Shown: positions 41,263-51,814 of the stretch, one piece after another
How positions within the stretch are numbered: position 1 is the stretch's first letter
Layout of the letters: every line of letters begins with the position of its first letter
Assembly: GCA_031409335.1 (NCBI GenBank)
Contig: JANNWY010000057.1
Span: 1 to 64,000 of the forward strand
Source of the DNA: Chthoniobacteraceae bacterium
GTDB taxonomy: Bacteria; Verrucomicrobiota; Verrucomicrobiia; Chthoniobacterales; Chthoniobacteraceae
DNA length: 64,000 nt
Reading direction: 5' to 3'
Notes under the pieces: model-generated
The model's database searches: none
What the model was told of the DNA's origin: nothing
Seen by the model: the letters and a program-made list of their open reading frames with translations, nothing else
Program-made: the position numbers and the translations under genes

Positions 41263-42239
41263 CTCCGCACGACCCTCAAAACGAGCAGCTTCCCGGTTTC
41301 CTCCGTGCCGCAAACGATCGCCATCCCATCCGGCGACCAGTCAGGATCGACCTCCATCACATCCGCCGTGGAAGTAAGCTGATGCCGCCCCGCGCCATCC
41401 GCGCCGATGATCCACAAATCCGAATCGACGATGCGGTGATTCGTTTTGTCATCGTGCAAATGCGGCGAGGTGTCGGGCGTGTGCTGGCGTGCATCGTCCG
41501 GCGCGTGGGAATGATCGCGCGTGATTTGAAAGACGAGCCACTTCCCATCCGGCGACCACGCGGGGTGATTTCCCACGCAAAGTTTTCGTCCCGCCGCGTT
41601 CGGTGTTGCCACGGCGATTTGATCCGAAGAATCAAACGCCAGCCGCCCGCCAGCCTTGCTCCAGACCGGATTCAGCGCTGGTTCGCCACCGACCTTGCGA
41701 TCACGCGCAATCACGCGCACAGGCTCGATCGCCGCCGCGTGCGCCGCGCCGCGCCAAGCGCCTTCGAGCGGACCCGATGCCCCTTGCGAAACCCACCGCA
41801 TCCCCGCCGGCCCGCGCTGCCACACCGGCGGCTGCGCCTCGCTCACGATCTCGCTGCTGGCCTCGATCTCGCCCGTCGCCACTTCGATCGTGCGGATCAC
41901 ATACTTGCGCGGTCCCGCGGCTTTGCGCGCGGCGCGAAAGACGATGCGGCTCGCATCCGGCGACCACGAAAATTTGTAGCCCGATCCCGGTTCCGCAGTG
42001 AGCACGCGCCGCCCCGAGCCATCCGCCTTCACGAGCCCGATGCCGTTCCCTTTCGGCGCGGAAAACGCGATCCACTTTCCATCCGGCGACCACTTCGGCG
42101 CGGAGGCGAACATTCCCGCGTCGATCTCCATCACGCTCTCGACGACGAAATTTTCTTCCGCTCGCGCGGGTGCGCATTCCGCGCCGAACAGGTATGCGGC
42201 CAGCGGCAAAAGTGGAGCGAGCAAAGGAGGGAACTTCAC
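41259..42239 (-). CDS. TolB-like (PD40) beta-propeller protein
   Basis: Repeated PxWSPDG motifs; signal peptide from GTG 42239. Confidence 0.85.
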
Positions 42240-42370
42240 GGGCGCACAATGGCGCTGCATCGTGCCAGCGGCAAATCGTTCCCCTCCGCGATCGCCGCCA
42301 GCGACCTGCAGCTCACCACGCTGCTTGCGCCCCGTGCGCGATGCGTGATGGAATTCACCCGAGCACGCCA

Positions 42371-42862
42371 ATGAACGACCACGAAATCACCGTCAGCGCA
42401 GCCGATCTTTCGCGCGCCGAGCATCAGGCCGCGATTCTGCACCTCCTCGGCTGCTACGCGATGGACCCGATGGGTGATGGCAGGCCGCTCTCGGAAACCG
42501 CGCGGCGCGATTTGATTCCCGGTTTGCAGCAGCACCCCACGACGATGGTTTTCCTCGCGTTTCGCAACGCCGAACCCATCGGCCTCGCGATTTGCTTTCG
42601 CGGCTTCTCCACGTTCGCCGCGCGTCCGCTGGTGAATATCCACGACTTCTTTGTCCTCCCCGCGCATCGCGGCGCGGGCATCGGCAAGCGCCTGCTCGCC
42701 GCCATCGAGCAGCGCGCCCGCGACATCGGCTGCTGCAAGCTCACCCTCGAAGTGCAGGAGAACAATCATCCCGCAAAAGCGGTGTACGCCGCCGCTGGTT
42801 TCGTGCGGATGAGGTATGTGGCCGAAGCGGGCGGATCGTTGTTTTTCTCGAAGCCGCTGTGA
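42371..42862 (+). CDS. GNAT family acetyltransferase
   Basis: GFSTF, NIHDFFVLPAHRGAGIG, TLEVQENN, YAAAGF. Confidence 0.9.
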   Translation: MNDHEITVSAADLSRAEHQAAILHLLGCYAMDPMGDGRPLSETARRDLIPGLQQHPTTMVFLAFRNAEPIGLAICFRGFSTFAARPLVNIHDFFVLPAHRGAGIGKRLLAAIEQRARDIGCCKLTLEVQENNHPAKAVYAAAGFVRMRYVAEAGGSLFFSKPL

Positions 42863-42887
42863 ATTCCCGCCCGCCTGTCGGCGCGGC

Positions 42888-44549
42888 CTAGCGTGGCACG
42901 TTTCCGCTGAGGATGAATTCGTCGCGGCTCAGCACGCCGTCTTTGTTCGCGTCGAACTTGATGAAACGCGCGGGCGCTTTGTCAGGTTCGGGTTGCTGGG
43001 CGAGGAATTCCTCGCGGGTCAGTTTGCCATCGGCGTCCTTGTCTTTGCGGGTGAAAACCGCGCCGCGATCCGCCTTCGGCTTGTCGTTCTTGGCGGCGGA
43101 AATCTGCGGCACGGCTTCCGGCTGCCGCGCGAGCAGCGCGCGCAGTCGCGCGACGATCTCCGGATTCCGCGCGGCGAGGTTCGCGGTTTCCGCGGGGTCG
43201 GATTCGTAGTCGTAGAGTTCGATGATCGCGGCGTCCGCGGGTGCGCCGGGCTTTTTCCACTCGACCATCCGGTAGCGCGCATCGCGGATCGCGCGCCCGA
43301 GCCGCTCGCCGCGCGGATAGACGTGGGTGATGTGATCGCGCGCTGGCACCGCGGCATCGCGGAGACTCGCGGCGAAGCTCTTCCCATCGAGGCCGGCGGG
43401 CGCTGCGATCGAGGCGAGGTCGCACAGCGTCGGGTAAAGATCGACCGTCTCGACCAGGTGCGCGTTCTGGCCCGGCTTCACGCCAGGTGCGGCGATGATG
43501 AGCGGGATGCGCGTGGCCTGCTCGTAGTTCGTGTGTTTGCACCACATGCCGTGATCGCCGAGGTGCCAGCCGTGGTCGCCCCACAGCACCACGATCGTCT
43601 GCTCCGCGAGGCCTTCATTTTCCAAGGCATCGAGCACGCGCCCGAGCTGCGCGTCCATGTAGCTCGTCGCGGCGTGGTAGCCGTGGATGAGCGCGCGCGA
43701 GAGATCGTCGGTGAGCGGCCCGGTCTCCGGCGTGTCCGCATACTGGCGCAGTTCGCCGCCGTACTGCGGGGCAAAGGCGGGCGCATCCTGCGGCGCGGTG
43801 CGGAGCGCGGGCAGCGCGATCTTTGCGCGGTCGTAGAGGTCCCAGTATTTTTTCGGCGCGCAGAACGGGAGATGCGGTTTTAGGAAACCGACCGCGATGA
43901 AAGCGGGCTCACCAGTTTTTTTCGCCGCGCGCAGCCGCTGGATCGCTTCATTCGCGATCGCGCCATCGGGATACAGATTTTCCGCGACGTCCGCCGATTC
44001 ATACGCCGCGCCGCGCGGCAGCTTGTCGGCGGGCTTGTTTTCAAAGAGCGCCTCCTCGCGCGTCAGCCCCGTTTCCGCCCGGCTCTGCGGTAAATGGTAG
44101 GCCACCGTTTTCGCGTGAAAATGCGGGACCGTCCACGACGCCGGGTCCTCGCGATTGCCGTGCCCGACGTGGAAGATTTTCCCCATCGCCTCGGTGCGGT
44201 ATCCCGCCTTCTGGAAAGCCTGCGTCAGCGTCACCGCATCGGGCCGCGCCTTGCGGAAATTCGTGGCGAGATCGTAGATGCCGAGCGTCTGCGGACGCAG
44301 CCCCGTCATCAGCGCATTGCGCGACGGCGAGCACACTGCCTGATTGCAGTAGGCGCGCTCGAACCGCACGCCGCGAGCGGCCAGCCGATCGATATTCGGC
44401 GTGATCGCGGTGCCGCCGTAACAGCCCGCGATCGGCTTCAGATCATCGACCGCGATGAGCAGGACGTTCAGTTTTTTCTCCGCCGCGTGCAGCGGCGCAA
44501 AGGTGGCGGCGAGGACGGCGAGAAGGCGGGGAAGGAAATTGAAATTCAC
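42888..44549 (-). CDS. Iduronate-2-sulfatase-like sulfatase with C-terminal EF-hand pair
   Basis: NVLLIAVDDL, CSPSR, KPHLPF, WGDHGWHLG; DKDADGKLTREEF and DANKDGVLSRDEF. Confidence 0.93.
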   Translation of the reverse strand: MNFNFLPRLLAVLAATFAPLHAAEKKLNVLLIAVDDLKPIAGCYGGTAITPNIDRLAARGVRFERAYCNQAVCSPSRNALMTGLRPQTLGIYDLATNFRKARPDAVTLTQAFQKAGYRTEAMGKIFHVGHGNREDPASWTVPHFHAKTVAYHLPQSRAETGLTREEALFENKPADKLPRGAAYESADVAENLYPDGAIANEAIQRLRAAKKTGEPAFIAVGFLKPHLPFCAPKKYWDLYDRAKIALPALRTAPQDAPAFAPQYGGELRQYADTPETGPLTDDLSRALIHGYHAATSYMDAQLGRVLDALENEGLAEQTIVVLWGDHGWHLGDHGMWCKHTNYEQATRIPLIIAAPGVKPGQNAHLVETVDLYPTLCDLASIAAPAGLDGKSFAASLRDAAVPARDHITHVYPRGERLGRAIRDARYRMVEWKKPGAPADAAIIELYDYESDPAETANLAARNPEIVARLRALLARQPEAVPQISAAKNDKPKADRGAVFTRKDKDADGKLTREEFLAQQPEPDKAPARFIKFDANKDGVLSRDEFILSGNVPR

Positions 44550-44685
44550 GGGAATCGAAAGTCTGGCACTGTTTGAAATCGTCGCGCAAGCCATTGCGCA
44601 CGCGCCCGGGTCCGCGGCTGGGCGGCTCCGGAAATAGCCTGCTTTGACACCGAAACGACGCCGCGCATACTCCCGCACCAATCCC

Positions 44686-47600
44686 ATGTATTTCCCTCGT
44701 GCCACCACCCTCGAAGCACTCGAAGCCCGCATCGTTCCCGCCCTCACCGTCCTGCATCCGATCCCGGATTTGATCCCCGGCATTGGCGCGACGGGCGCGT
44801 CGCTGGATCTGGCGAACGCCTTCGATGCCGCGGGCAATTTTCGCACCCACGTCCTGTTCACCACGAACTACATCGACCCCGCAAATCCCACGGTGCCGCA
44901 AGTCATCGAGTTCGAGCTTTTCGACGACAAGGCGCCGGTCACCGTCGCGAATTTCCTGCGCTATGTGAGAGGTCTCGCGCCGTCCGATTTCGATGACGTA
45001 TTTTTTCATCGGCTGATTCCCGGTTTCGTTTTGCAGGGCGGCGGATTTGAGACCGGTTCGCCCGGCACCCACATCGCCACCGATCCGGAAGTTCACAACG
45101 AATTCAACCCGCTCGACACCGAGCGCTCGAATCTCGTCGGCACCGTGGCGATGGCGAAAACCGGTCTCGGGCCGCACACCGGGACGAGCGAGTGGTTCGT
45201 CAATCTCGGCAACAATGCCGGGAATCTCGACAGCCAGAACGGCGGCTTCACCGTCTTCGCGAAAGTGACGCAGGGCATGAATGTGGTGAACGCGATCGCG
45301 GCGCTGAATCGGTTCAATCTCGCGGGTTCGCTCGGCGGCCCGTTCACGGATTTGCCGCTCCAGAATTACAACGCCGATCCCGACGGCAACCCGGCGACGC
45401 CTTCGCCCACGCCGACCGCGGCGCAGTTCATCACCATCACCGATGCCACGGTGAAAACGCCGACGCCCGCGAGCGCGCCGGGCGTGACCTACACCGTCCA
45501 AAGCATCACCGACGCGACCACGCTGGCCCCGACGAATCTCGTGGCCGGCGCGATCACCGGACAGAATCTCGCGCTGACCTACCTGGCTGGCGCGAACGGC
45601 GTGGCGAAAGTCACCGTCAAGGCATCGCAAGCCGGCGAGCCCGATGTGCTCGAGGATTTTCTGGTGACGCTGCGGCCGAATGTGGTGGCGATGACGACGA
45701 CGATCACCCCGGGAATCCTCGTACCCGGCGAGCAGTTCGACATCGCCGTGCAAATCCAGAACAGCGGCGCGGCCAGACTCGTCGGCAACTACGATGTGAC
45801 GTTTTACCTGTCGAGATTTGATGCCGCGCTGGATCCGCAGGGCACCATCGTCCAGCCCGGTGTCGATGAGGTCTTCGCGACGCTGGCAAATCAAAGCCTG
45901 AACCTGGCAAGCGGCGGCAGCACTTCGCTCTCGGCGCTGTTCGCCGTCCCGAAACAACTCGTGCAACAACAGGGTGCCGTGACCTACCGCATCATCGCTG
46001 ACGTGAAACAAGTCGCAGGCGGGACGGTGACCGAACTTTTCACCGACGACAACGTGGCGCTGAATTCCCCGCAGCATCAGCTCTTCAATGCCTTCGGAAC
46101 TTTCTCCGGTCGCACGAATGTCACGCTGACCTATCTCGATGCGGCGACCACGAACGTCAACGCGACCGTCACCGGCGGCGGCTTTGGCCAGTTCGATCCG
46201 CAGGGCGTGGGCGACCTCGATCGCGTCTCCGTTTCGGGGACCACGGCGGCCTCGACTTTCACCATCACCGCCGGCTCGCCGACCGTGCTCGATGCGGTCT
46301 TCATCGCCGCGCCGATCGGCACCGCGGACCTCGCGCCAGTCACGGTGATCAGCAGCTTCAGGGCAAATGCGGGCATCCGGACGCTGACGGTCGGCAATCT
46401 CGGCGATGGCATCGCGACGCACCCGTTTTCGATCGGCGCATTTGCCGCTGATCCGGCGCAAAAGGCGACGATCACCCTCGCCCAGGTGCGCGACATCGAG
46501 TTCACCTCGGCCATGCCGATCGCCGCGCTGACAGCAGTGAGCTGGCTCGACGCGGATGCGGAAGCCGATGTCATCACGGTGCCAGCCATCGACTCACTTC
46601 TCCTCACCGGAGATGCCACAGTGAACGGCGCGTTTCAGGCAGACATCAGCGTCACGGGAAGCACGCCGCTGCCGCTCTTCCGCATCTCGTATTTCGATCC
46701 TGCGAATCAGTTCGCGATCCTCACGGTCAACGGTGGCGGCTACGCCCACTTCACGCCGCAGCGCGGTGGCGCGACCGGCCCGCTCGAAGTCGTCGGCACC
46801 ACCGCGCTCTCGACGCTCTCCCTGGTCGCGGCCGGCGCGACGGAACTCGATTCCCTGTCCATCACCAACGTCATCGGCAGCGCGACCCTCAGCGGCGTGA
46901 ATGTGAAAGGCAACGTCGAGGCGCTCGCCGGCATCAGGGCGCTGACGCTCGGCAACGTCGGCGACGGCACCGCCACGCGCACGCTGACGATCGGCGCATT
47001 CGCCGCGGACGCCGCGCAGCGCGCCACCATCACGCTCGGCCAGGTCCGCGATGTCGCGCTCACTTCCACGATGCCGGTCGGCGCGATCACTGCCGCGAGT
47101 TGGGTCGATTCCGGCGGTGCGCAGGAAGCCATTACCGCGCCGTCGATCACGAGCATCGAGATCACCGCGGGCACATTTGATCCGTCCGTCTCAGTCACCG
47201 GCGCAGCCCCGCTCGGGTCTTTCAAACTCCGCTACACCGACGCCGCGAGCCAGCCCATCACGCTCACCATCAACAGCGGTGGCTACGCGAAATTTGCCGC
47301 CGTCGGCGCGCTCGAAGTCCGCGGCACCACCGCGCTCTCATCCCTCTCCATCGCGGGCGCCAGTGCGGCGGTGAAAACCACGCTCACTTCCCTCCTCATC
47401 CCGCAAACCATCGGTGGCGCATCGCTCGCAAACGTCATCCTGAATGGCGACCTGAACGCGGCTGGTGGCATCAGGACTTTGATCCTCGGAAACCTCGGCG
47501 ATGGCACCGCGAGCCACAGCATTTCCGTCGGCGCATTCACCAACAACGCCGCGCAAAAAGCGACCATCACGCTTGGGCAGGTCCGCGACTTCGCGCTCAC

Positions 47601-48168
47601 TTCCGCGATGCCCATCGGCGCGCTCACCGCCGTCGATTGGCTCGACTCGAATGCCTCCAGCGAACTCATCACCGCACCCGCCATCGACTCCATCCTCATC
47701 AGCGGAAACACGAACCATCGCGGCGCATTCCAGGCCGACCTCACCATCACCGGCACCACGAAACTCCAGAGTTTCATCGTCACCGGCACCGTCAGCACCG
47801 CGCGATTGCAAACCGCTGGTGACGTCGGCCTCATCCGACTCGGCGCGCTCGCGCGCAGCGAGATCCTCGTCGGCGTCGATACCGTCCCGCGCGCGCTCGC
47901 GGATTTCGCGGGGAAAAATCATCGCATCGACACCTTCAAAATCCTCAACGGCAGCGCCACCGGCATCCCGCTCATCGATTCAAAGATCGCCGCCGCCCGC
48001 TTCGGCAGCATCTCGGTCGGCAAAGTCGCGCCCAACAGCGGCACCGCCCGCTGGGGCTTCATCGCCGACCGCATCAACAGCTACCTCGTCGGCACCAAGT
48101 CCGCGTTCAATCTCGCCGCGCCCGCCATCTTCGACCAGCGCACCCATTACGCGGTGAAGATCGTGTAG
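44686..48168 (+). CDS. Surface cyclophilin-type peptidyl-prolyl isomerase with LEPRxLL-like N-terminus and three ~180-aa C-terminal repeats
   Basis: LEALEARIVPA; APVTVANFLRY, FFHRLIPGFVLQGGG, GTVAMAK, SEWFVNL, GFTVFAKV; repeats containing GIRxL..GN.GDG.A and ATITL.QVRD. Confidence 0.9.
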   Translation: MYFPRATTLEALEARIVPALTVLHPIPDLIPGIGATGASLDLANAFDAAGNFRTHVLFTTNYIDPANPTVPQVIEFELFDDKAPVTVANFLRYVRGLAPSDFDDVFFHRLIPGFVLQGGGFETGSPGTHIATDPEVHNEFNPLDTERSNLVGTVAMAKTGLGPHTGTSEWFVNLGNNAGNLDSQNGGFTVFAKVTQGMNVVNAIAALNRFNLAGSLGGPFTDLPLQNYNADPDGNPATPSPTPTAAQFITITDATVKTPTPASAPGVTYTVQSITDATTLAPTNLVAGAITGQNLALTYLAGANGVAKVTVKASQAGEPDVLEDFLVTLRPNVVAMTTTITPGILVPGEQFDIAVQIQNSGAARLVGNYDVTFYLSRFDAALDPQGTIVQPGVDEVFATLANQSLNLASGGSTSLSALFAVPKQLVQQQGAVTYRIIADVKQVAGGTVTELFTDDNVALNSPQHQLFNAFGTFSGRTNVTLTYLDAATTNVNATVTGGGFGQFDPQGVGDLDRVSVSGTTAASTFTITAGSPTVLDAVFIAAPIGTADLAPVTVISSFRANAGIRTLTVGNLGDGIATHPFSIGAFAADPAQKATITLAQVRDIEFTSAMPIAALTAVSWLDADAEADVITVPAIDSLLLTGDATVNGAFQADISVTGSTPLPLFRISYFDPANQFAILTVNGGGYAHFTPQRGGATGPLEVVGTTALSTLSLVAAGATELDSLSITNVIGSATLSGVNVKGNVEALAGIRALTLGNVGDGTATRTLTIGAFAADAAQRATITLGQVRDVALTSTMPVGAITAASWVDSGGAQEAITAPSITSIEITAGTFDPSVSVTGAAPLGSFKLRYTDAASQPITLTINSGGYAKFAAVGALEVRGTTALSSLSIAGASAAVKTTLTSLLIPQTIGGASLANVILNGDLNAAGGIRTLILGNLGDGTASHSISVGAFTNNAAQKATITLGQVRDFALTSAMPIGALTAVDWLDSNASSELITAPAIDSILISGNTNHRGAFQADLTITGTTKLQSFIVTGTVSTARLQTAGDVGLIRLGALARSEILVGVDTVPRALADFAGKNHRIDTFKILNGSATGIPLIDSKIAAARFGSISVGKVAPNSGTARWGFIADRINSYLVGTKSAFNLAAPAIFDQRTHYAVKIV
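46125..47760 (+). repeat. Three intragenic ~550-bp repeats
   Basis: Units begin at LTYLDAA (~46125), ISYFDPA (~46684) and LRYTDAA (~47227). Confidence 0.85.
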
Positions 48169-48170
48169 TT

Positions 48171-49679
48171 TCAGAATTGGAAATAGATAAACGCCTTGTA
48201 TTTCGCGGGCACGAAACACAGCGCGACTGCGGTGCCCGCTCCGAGCATTGCGGCGAAAGACCATGCTGGAATTCGCCGCCACCACGTTGCGAGGAATTGC
48301 CGCGCGTTGAGCCAATGCATGAAGACGAGCACGCCAAAGAGGACGAAGGGCCAGTCGGTAAAACTGCGCGGGCCGTTGTCTTGAAACAGGACAAAGGATT
48401 TCAACATCATCGTGGCGACTTCAAAGCCGGTCTTTTCGATCGCGCCGGTGGTGGCATCGCGGATCGGCTGGGCGCGGAAAAAGATCCAGGTGATGCAGAC
48501 CCAGTAGAAGCAGAACACCGGGCCGAGCCATGACATCGCGCGGTGAAAGCCCGCGCCCGCGCTTGCAAAAACGCGCTGCCATTCGCGATGAAAGATGAGC
48601 GCGATGCCGTGCAGGCCGCCCCAGATCACGAATGTCCAAGACGCGCCGTGCCAGAGGCCGCCGAGCAGCATCGTGAGCATCAGATTGCGGTAGGTGAAGA
48701 GCTTCGAGCCGCGATTTCCGCCGAGCGAAATGTAGAGGTAATCGCGCAGCCAGGTGCTGAGCGAGATGTGCCAGCGCCGCCAGAATTCGGTGATGTGCGC
48801 GGCGAAGTACGGGAAGTGAAAATTGAGCGTGAGTTCGTAGCCGAGCATCCGCGAGGTCGCGATGGCCATGTCGCTGTAGCCGCTGAAGTCGCAGTAAATC
48901 TGCACGGCGTAAAACAGGACGGCGATGAACGTAGCCGATACGCTGAAGGTTCCCGGCGCGCCGAAAACGTCGTCCACGAACGGCGCGACGTTCTCGGACA
49001 CGCAGGCCTTTTTCACGAAGCCGATGAAGAACAGCACGAGGCACGCGCGGGCATCGACATTTCCCCAAACGCGCGCGACGGAAACCTGCGGCAGGAAAGT
49101 CATCGCGCGCACGATGGGGCCGGCGACGAGCTGCGGGAAAAACGAGATGAAGAACGCGAGATCGAGGAAACTGCGGACGGGTTCGAGGCGACGCCGATAG
49201 ACGTCGATCGAGTAACTCATCGACTGGAACGTGTAGAAGCTGATGCCATACGGCAGGATGACCTTCAGCGTCCAATCGCTCGCCGGCAATCCGATCCACG
49301 CGAGAAAGCCGGAAGCGGAGGTGAGGAAGAAATTGAAGTATTTGAAGAAGCAGAGGACGCCGAGATTTACGACCACACTGACGATCAGCCAGGCACGCCG
49401 TTTCCGATCGGTCTGCGCGCCGCCGATGCCCCGGCCCACGATATAGTCGAGGCATGTCGAAGCCATGAGCACGCATGGAAACCACCAGCCATCCGGCAAG
49501 GCAGCGTGGTCGCCCAACTTCGCGAAAAACTCGAATGGGTTGCCGATGAAAAAGCCCGCGTAGAAAATGTGGCTGCACACGAGCAGCCATGCCTTGCGCG
49601 CCGTGTTGCCGCGCAACGTCCAATGGACGGTGAGCACGATGGCGATGAAGACAAAAAAGATCGGGTCGATGAACAGCAC
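48171..49679 (-). CDS. MBOAT O-acyltransferase (AlgI/DltB-like)
   Basis: LPYGISFYTFQSMSY, FFPQLVAGPI, QIYCDFSGYSDMA, FWRRWHISLSTWLRDY, GLWHGA, FIYFQF. Confidence 0.95.
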   Translation of the reverse strand: MLFIDPIFFVFIAIVLTVHWTLRGNTARKAWLLVCSHIFYAGFFIGNPFEFFAKLGDHAALPDGWWFPCVLMASTCLDYIVGRGIGGAQTDRKRRAWLIVSVVVNLGVLCFFKYFNFFLTSASGFLAWIGLPASDWTLKVILPYGISFYTFQSMSYSIDVYRRRLEPVRSFLDLAFFISFFPQLVAGPIVRAMTFLPQVSVARVWGNVDARACLVLFFIGFVKKACVSENVAPFVDDVFGAPGTFSVSATFIAVLFYAVQIYCDFSGYSDMAIATSRMLGYELTLNFHFPYFAAHITEFWRRWHISLSTWLRDYLYISLGGNRGSKLFTYRNLMLTMLLGGLWHGASWTFVIWGGLHGIALIFHREWQRVFASAGAGFHRAMSWLGPVFCFYWVCITWIFFRAQPIRDATTGAIEKTGFEVATMMLKSFVLFQDNGPRSFTDWPFVLFGVLVFMHWLNARQFLATWWRRIPAWSFAAMLGAGTAVALCFVPAKYKAFIYFQF

Positions 49680-49698
49680 GGGCGGAAAGCGGGGCGCG

Positions 49699-50679
49699 TT
49701 ACTTGTTGGCGTTTTGCATCTGCGAGAATCGCCCGGCGAGAAGCCGCGTGAAGAGTTCGGCGCCTCGTGGGTTCAGGTGGGAATTGTCGTACCTCAATTC
49801 GGGCTGGAACAACTCGGGATTGCGCTCGGGATCGTTGAGAATCCAGGCCTCGATCCCCAAGGGCGGCGCGAACCGCTGGCGCGTGTCGGCCGCAGGACTC
49901 GCGATCAAGATTGCCGTGGCACCGGCGGTGCCAATCTCCGCCGCGATGTCGCGCACTGCCTTCTCCAAGGCCGCGCCCATCGGCGGACGCGGCCCTGCGC
50001 TGCGCAGGCGATCGAGCTGCGCGGAGTAATGGGTCAACGCTTCACCCTCGATGCCGCTGCTCTTGCCAGACTTCCAGCCATCTTGCTTCGCCCAAACCGG
50101 AATCTTTACCACCCGTCCATAGTTGTTCTTGCGCAGCTTGCCTTCGAAGGACTCGACGGCGAGTCCGTGATGCATGAGGCGCCGCATCCATAACCCAAGA
50201 TGGGCGCTGGCGAGCTGCACTTTCTCGACCCGCGAATCGGGCATCTCAGCGATGCGTTGCAGCGTCATGGTGGTGTGGCGTGTATCATGCCAGTACATCA
50301 TCCGGCGCGTGGTCCCCGCGTGGTCGATGCGCGGGTCGATATCCATCCAGTCGATGAAGACCCAGCGCAGCCGGCGCGGGTGTAGCGCGAGGATTTGCCG
50401 GAGGACAAAAAAACTTTCCGCAGGCCACAGGCCGTCGATGCCGAAATTGAACGAGCGTTTTCCCAGTCCCGCGTCGCGATCGAACTGCCGCGGGTCGATG
50501 CCGCGGTAGAACTGGCTCGAACCAATGAAGACGGCGTCGTAGTCATCCTTGTGCGCGGCGAACCACGCAATCTTTTCGCTGAATTGCGGGATCGAAGGCG
50601 GTGGCAGCACGCGCGACAGCAGCGCCGACGACCCGGCGAGCGATGCGATGAAGATGAGGACCAGGGCGAACGGTTTCAC
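49699..50679 (-). CDS. SGNH-like (AlgJ/DltD-like) periplasmic acyl-transfer protein
   Basis: N-terminal anchor; FIGSS, SFNFG, DNSHLN; adjacent to the MBOAT gene. Confidence 0.65.
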   Translation of the reverse strand: MKPFALVLIFIASLAGSSALLSRVLPPPSIPQFSEKIAWFAAHKDDYDAVFIGSSQFYRGIDPRQFDRDAGLGKRSFNFGIDGLWPAESFFVLRQILALHPRRLRWVFIDWMDIDPRIDHAGTTRRMMYWHDTRHTTMTLQRIAEMPDSRVEKVQLASAHLGLWMRRLMHHGLAVESFEGKLRKNNYGRVVKIPVWAKQDGWKSGKSSGIEGEALTHYSAQLDRLRSAGPRPPMGAALEKAVRDIAAEIGTAGATAILIASPAADTRQRFAPPLGIEAWILNDPERNPELFQPELRYDNSHLNPRGAELFTRLLAGRFSQMQNANK

Positions 50680-51695
50680 CGATGGGCGGAAAACCGTTCG
50701 GCAAAGCGCTCGGCGAGAAGGCGGGTGAACAGTGCGCCTCCGGCGGGCGTCAGATGAATGTCATCGTAGCGCACTTCGGGATCGAAGAGTTCGGGGAAGC
50801 GCGCCGGATCATTCAAGCGCCAGATTTCCGGTTCGCCAGCCGGGGCGTCGAAACGCATTCGCGGATCGACGGTGGGACAGGAAACAAAAATGGGAGTCGC
50901 GCCCGCGGCGCGGATGGCCGCGCCGATTTCCCCGACTGCGCGCGAAAGCGCCGGCCCCATCGGCGGCGGCGGACCCGCGCTTTTCATCCGCTCGAGCTGG
51001 CGCAGATACGCGGCGCGGGCTTCGCCTTTGATGCTGTTTGCCTTGCCCGGGAAGTAACCGCGTTCATCCACCCAATCGTTCTTCTTGAGCTTGCCGTAGT
51101 TGTTCTTTCGCATCTTGCCGACGATCCACTCGGAGCCCTGCCCATGGTTCACAAAACGCCTCGCCCACAAGGCGACATGCGCGCCAACGATCCCCGACTT
51201 GTCCCGCCACGAACCGGGCTGCTCCACGATGCGCGCCAGCACCATCGCCGTGTGCCGCCAATCGTGCCAAAGCGCCAGCCGCTGCGTGGCTCCCGTCGCC
51301 TCGCTCGCCCGCGTGTCGATGTCCATCAACTCCACGACCACCCAGCGCAGATGCGCGGGGCGCAGGGCGAGCACCTTGCGCAGCAGGTGGAAGCTCTCCG
51401 GTGACCACATGCCGGGCACGCCGAAATTGAACGAGCGCACCGCGCGGCCGGTCGCCGCGCCGACTTCACGATCGAACTGCCCGGGGATGATCTGGTGAAA
51501 GAACTGGCTCGATCCGACGAAGAGCACGTCGAACTGATCGCGCTGTGCGGCGAAATGGCGAAACTTCGAGCCCATGTTCGTCACCTCGGGAAACGGCAGC
51601 GCTTTCCCGACAAGAAGCGCGACTACTGCAAGCGCCGCTCCGTACGCGGCCACGCAAAACAGCAGCCGTCCGAGACTGAACGGCAGGGAGTTCAC
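50676..51695 (-). CDS. SGNH-like (AlgJ/DltD-like) protein, paralog of the downstream gene
   Basis: FVGSS, SFNFG, DDIHLT; shares RKNNYG and PPMG.AL motifs with 49699-50679. Start uncertain. Confidence 0.65.
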   Translation of the reverse strand: MNSLPFSLGRLLFCVAAYGAALAVVALLVGKALPFPEVTNMGSKFRHFAAQRDQFDVLFVGSSQFFHQIIPGQFDREVGAATGRAVRSFNFGVPGMWSPESFHLLRKVLALRPAHLRWVVVELMDIDTRASEATGATQRLALWHDWRHTAMVLARIVEQPGSWRDKSGIVGAHVALWARRFVNHGQGSEWIVGKMRKNNYGKLKKNDWVDERGYFPGKANSIKGEARAAYLRQLERMKSAGPPPPMGPALSRAVGEIGAAIRAAGATPIFVSCPTVDPRMRFDAPAGEPEIWRLNDPARFPELFDPEVRYDDIHLTPAGGALFTRLLAERFAERFSAHR

Positions 51696-51814
51696 AGATC
51701 GTGGTGCGGGCGCGCAGTTAGGGCGGTTCACTTGTCGGGATGATTGCGTTGTCCGGGATGGCGACAAGGAAATTGCCAGCGCGAGGACCGCTCCGTATCG
51801 TCGCGGCCCACTTC

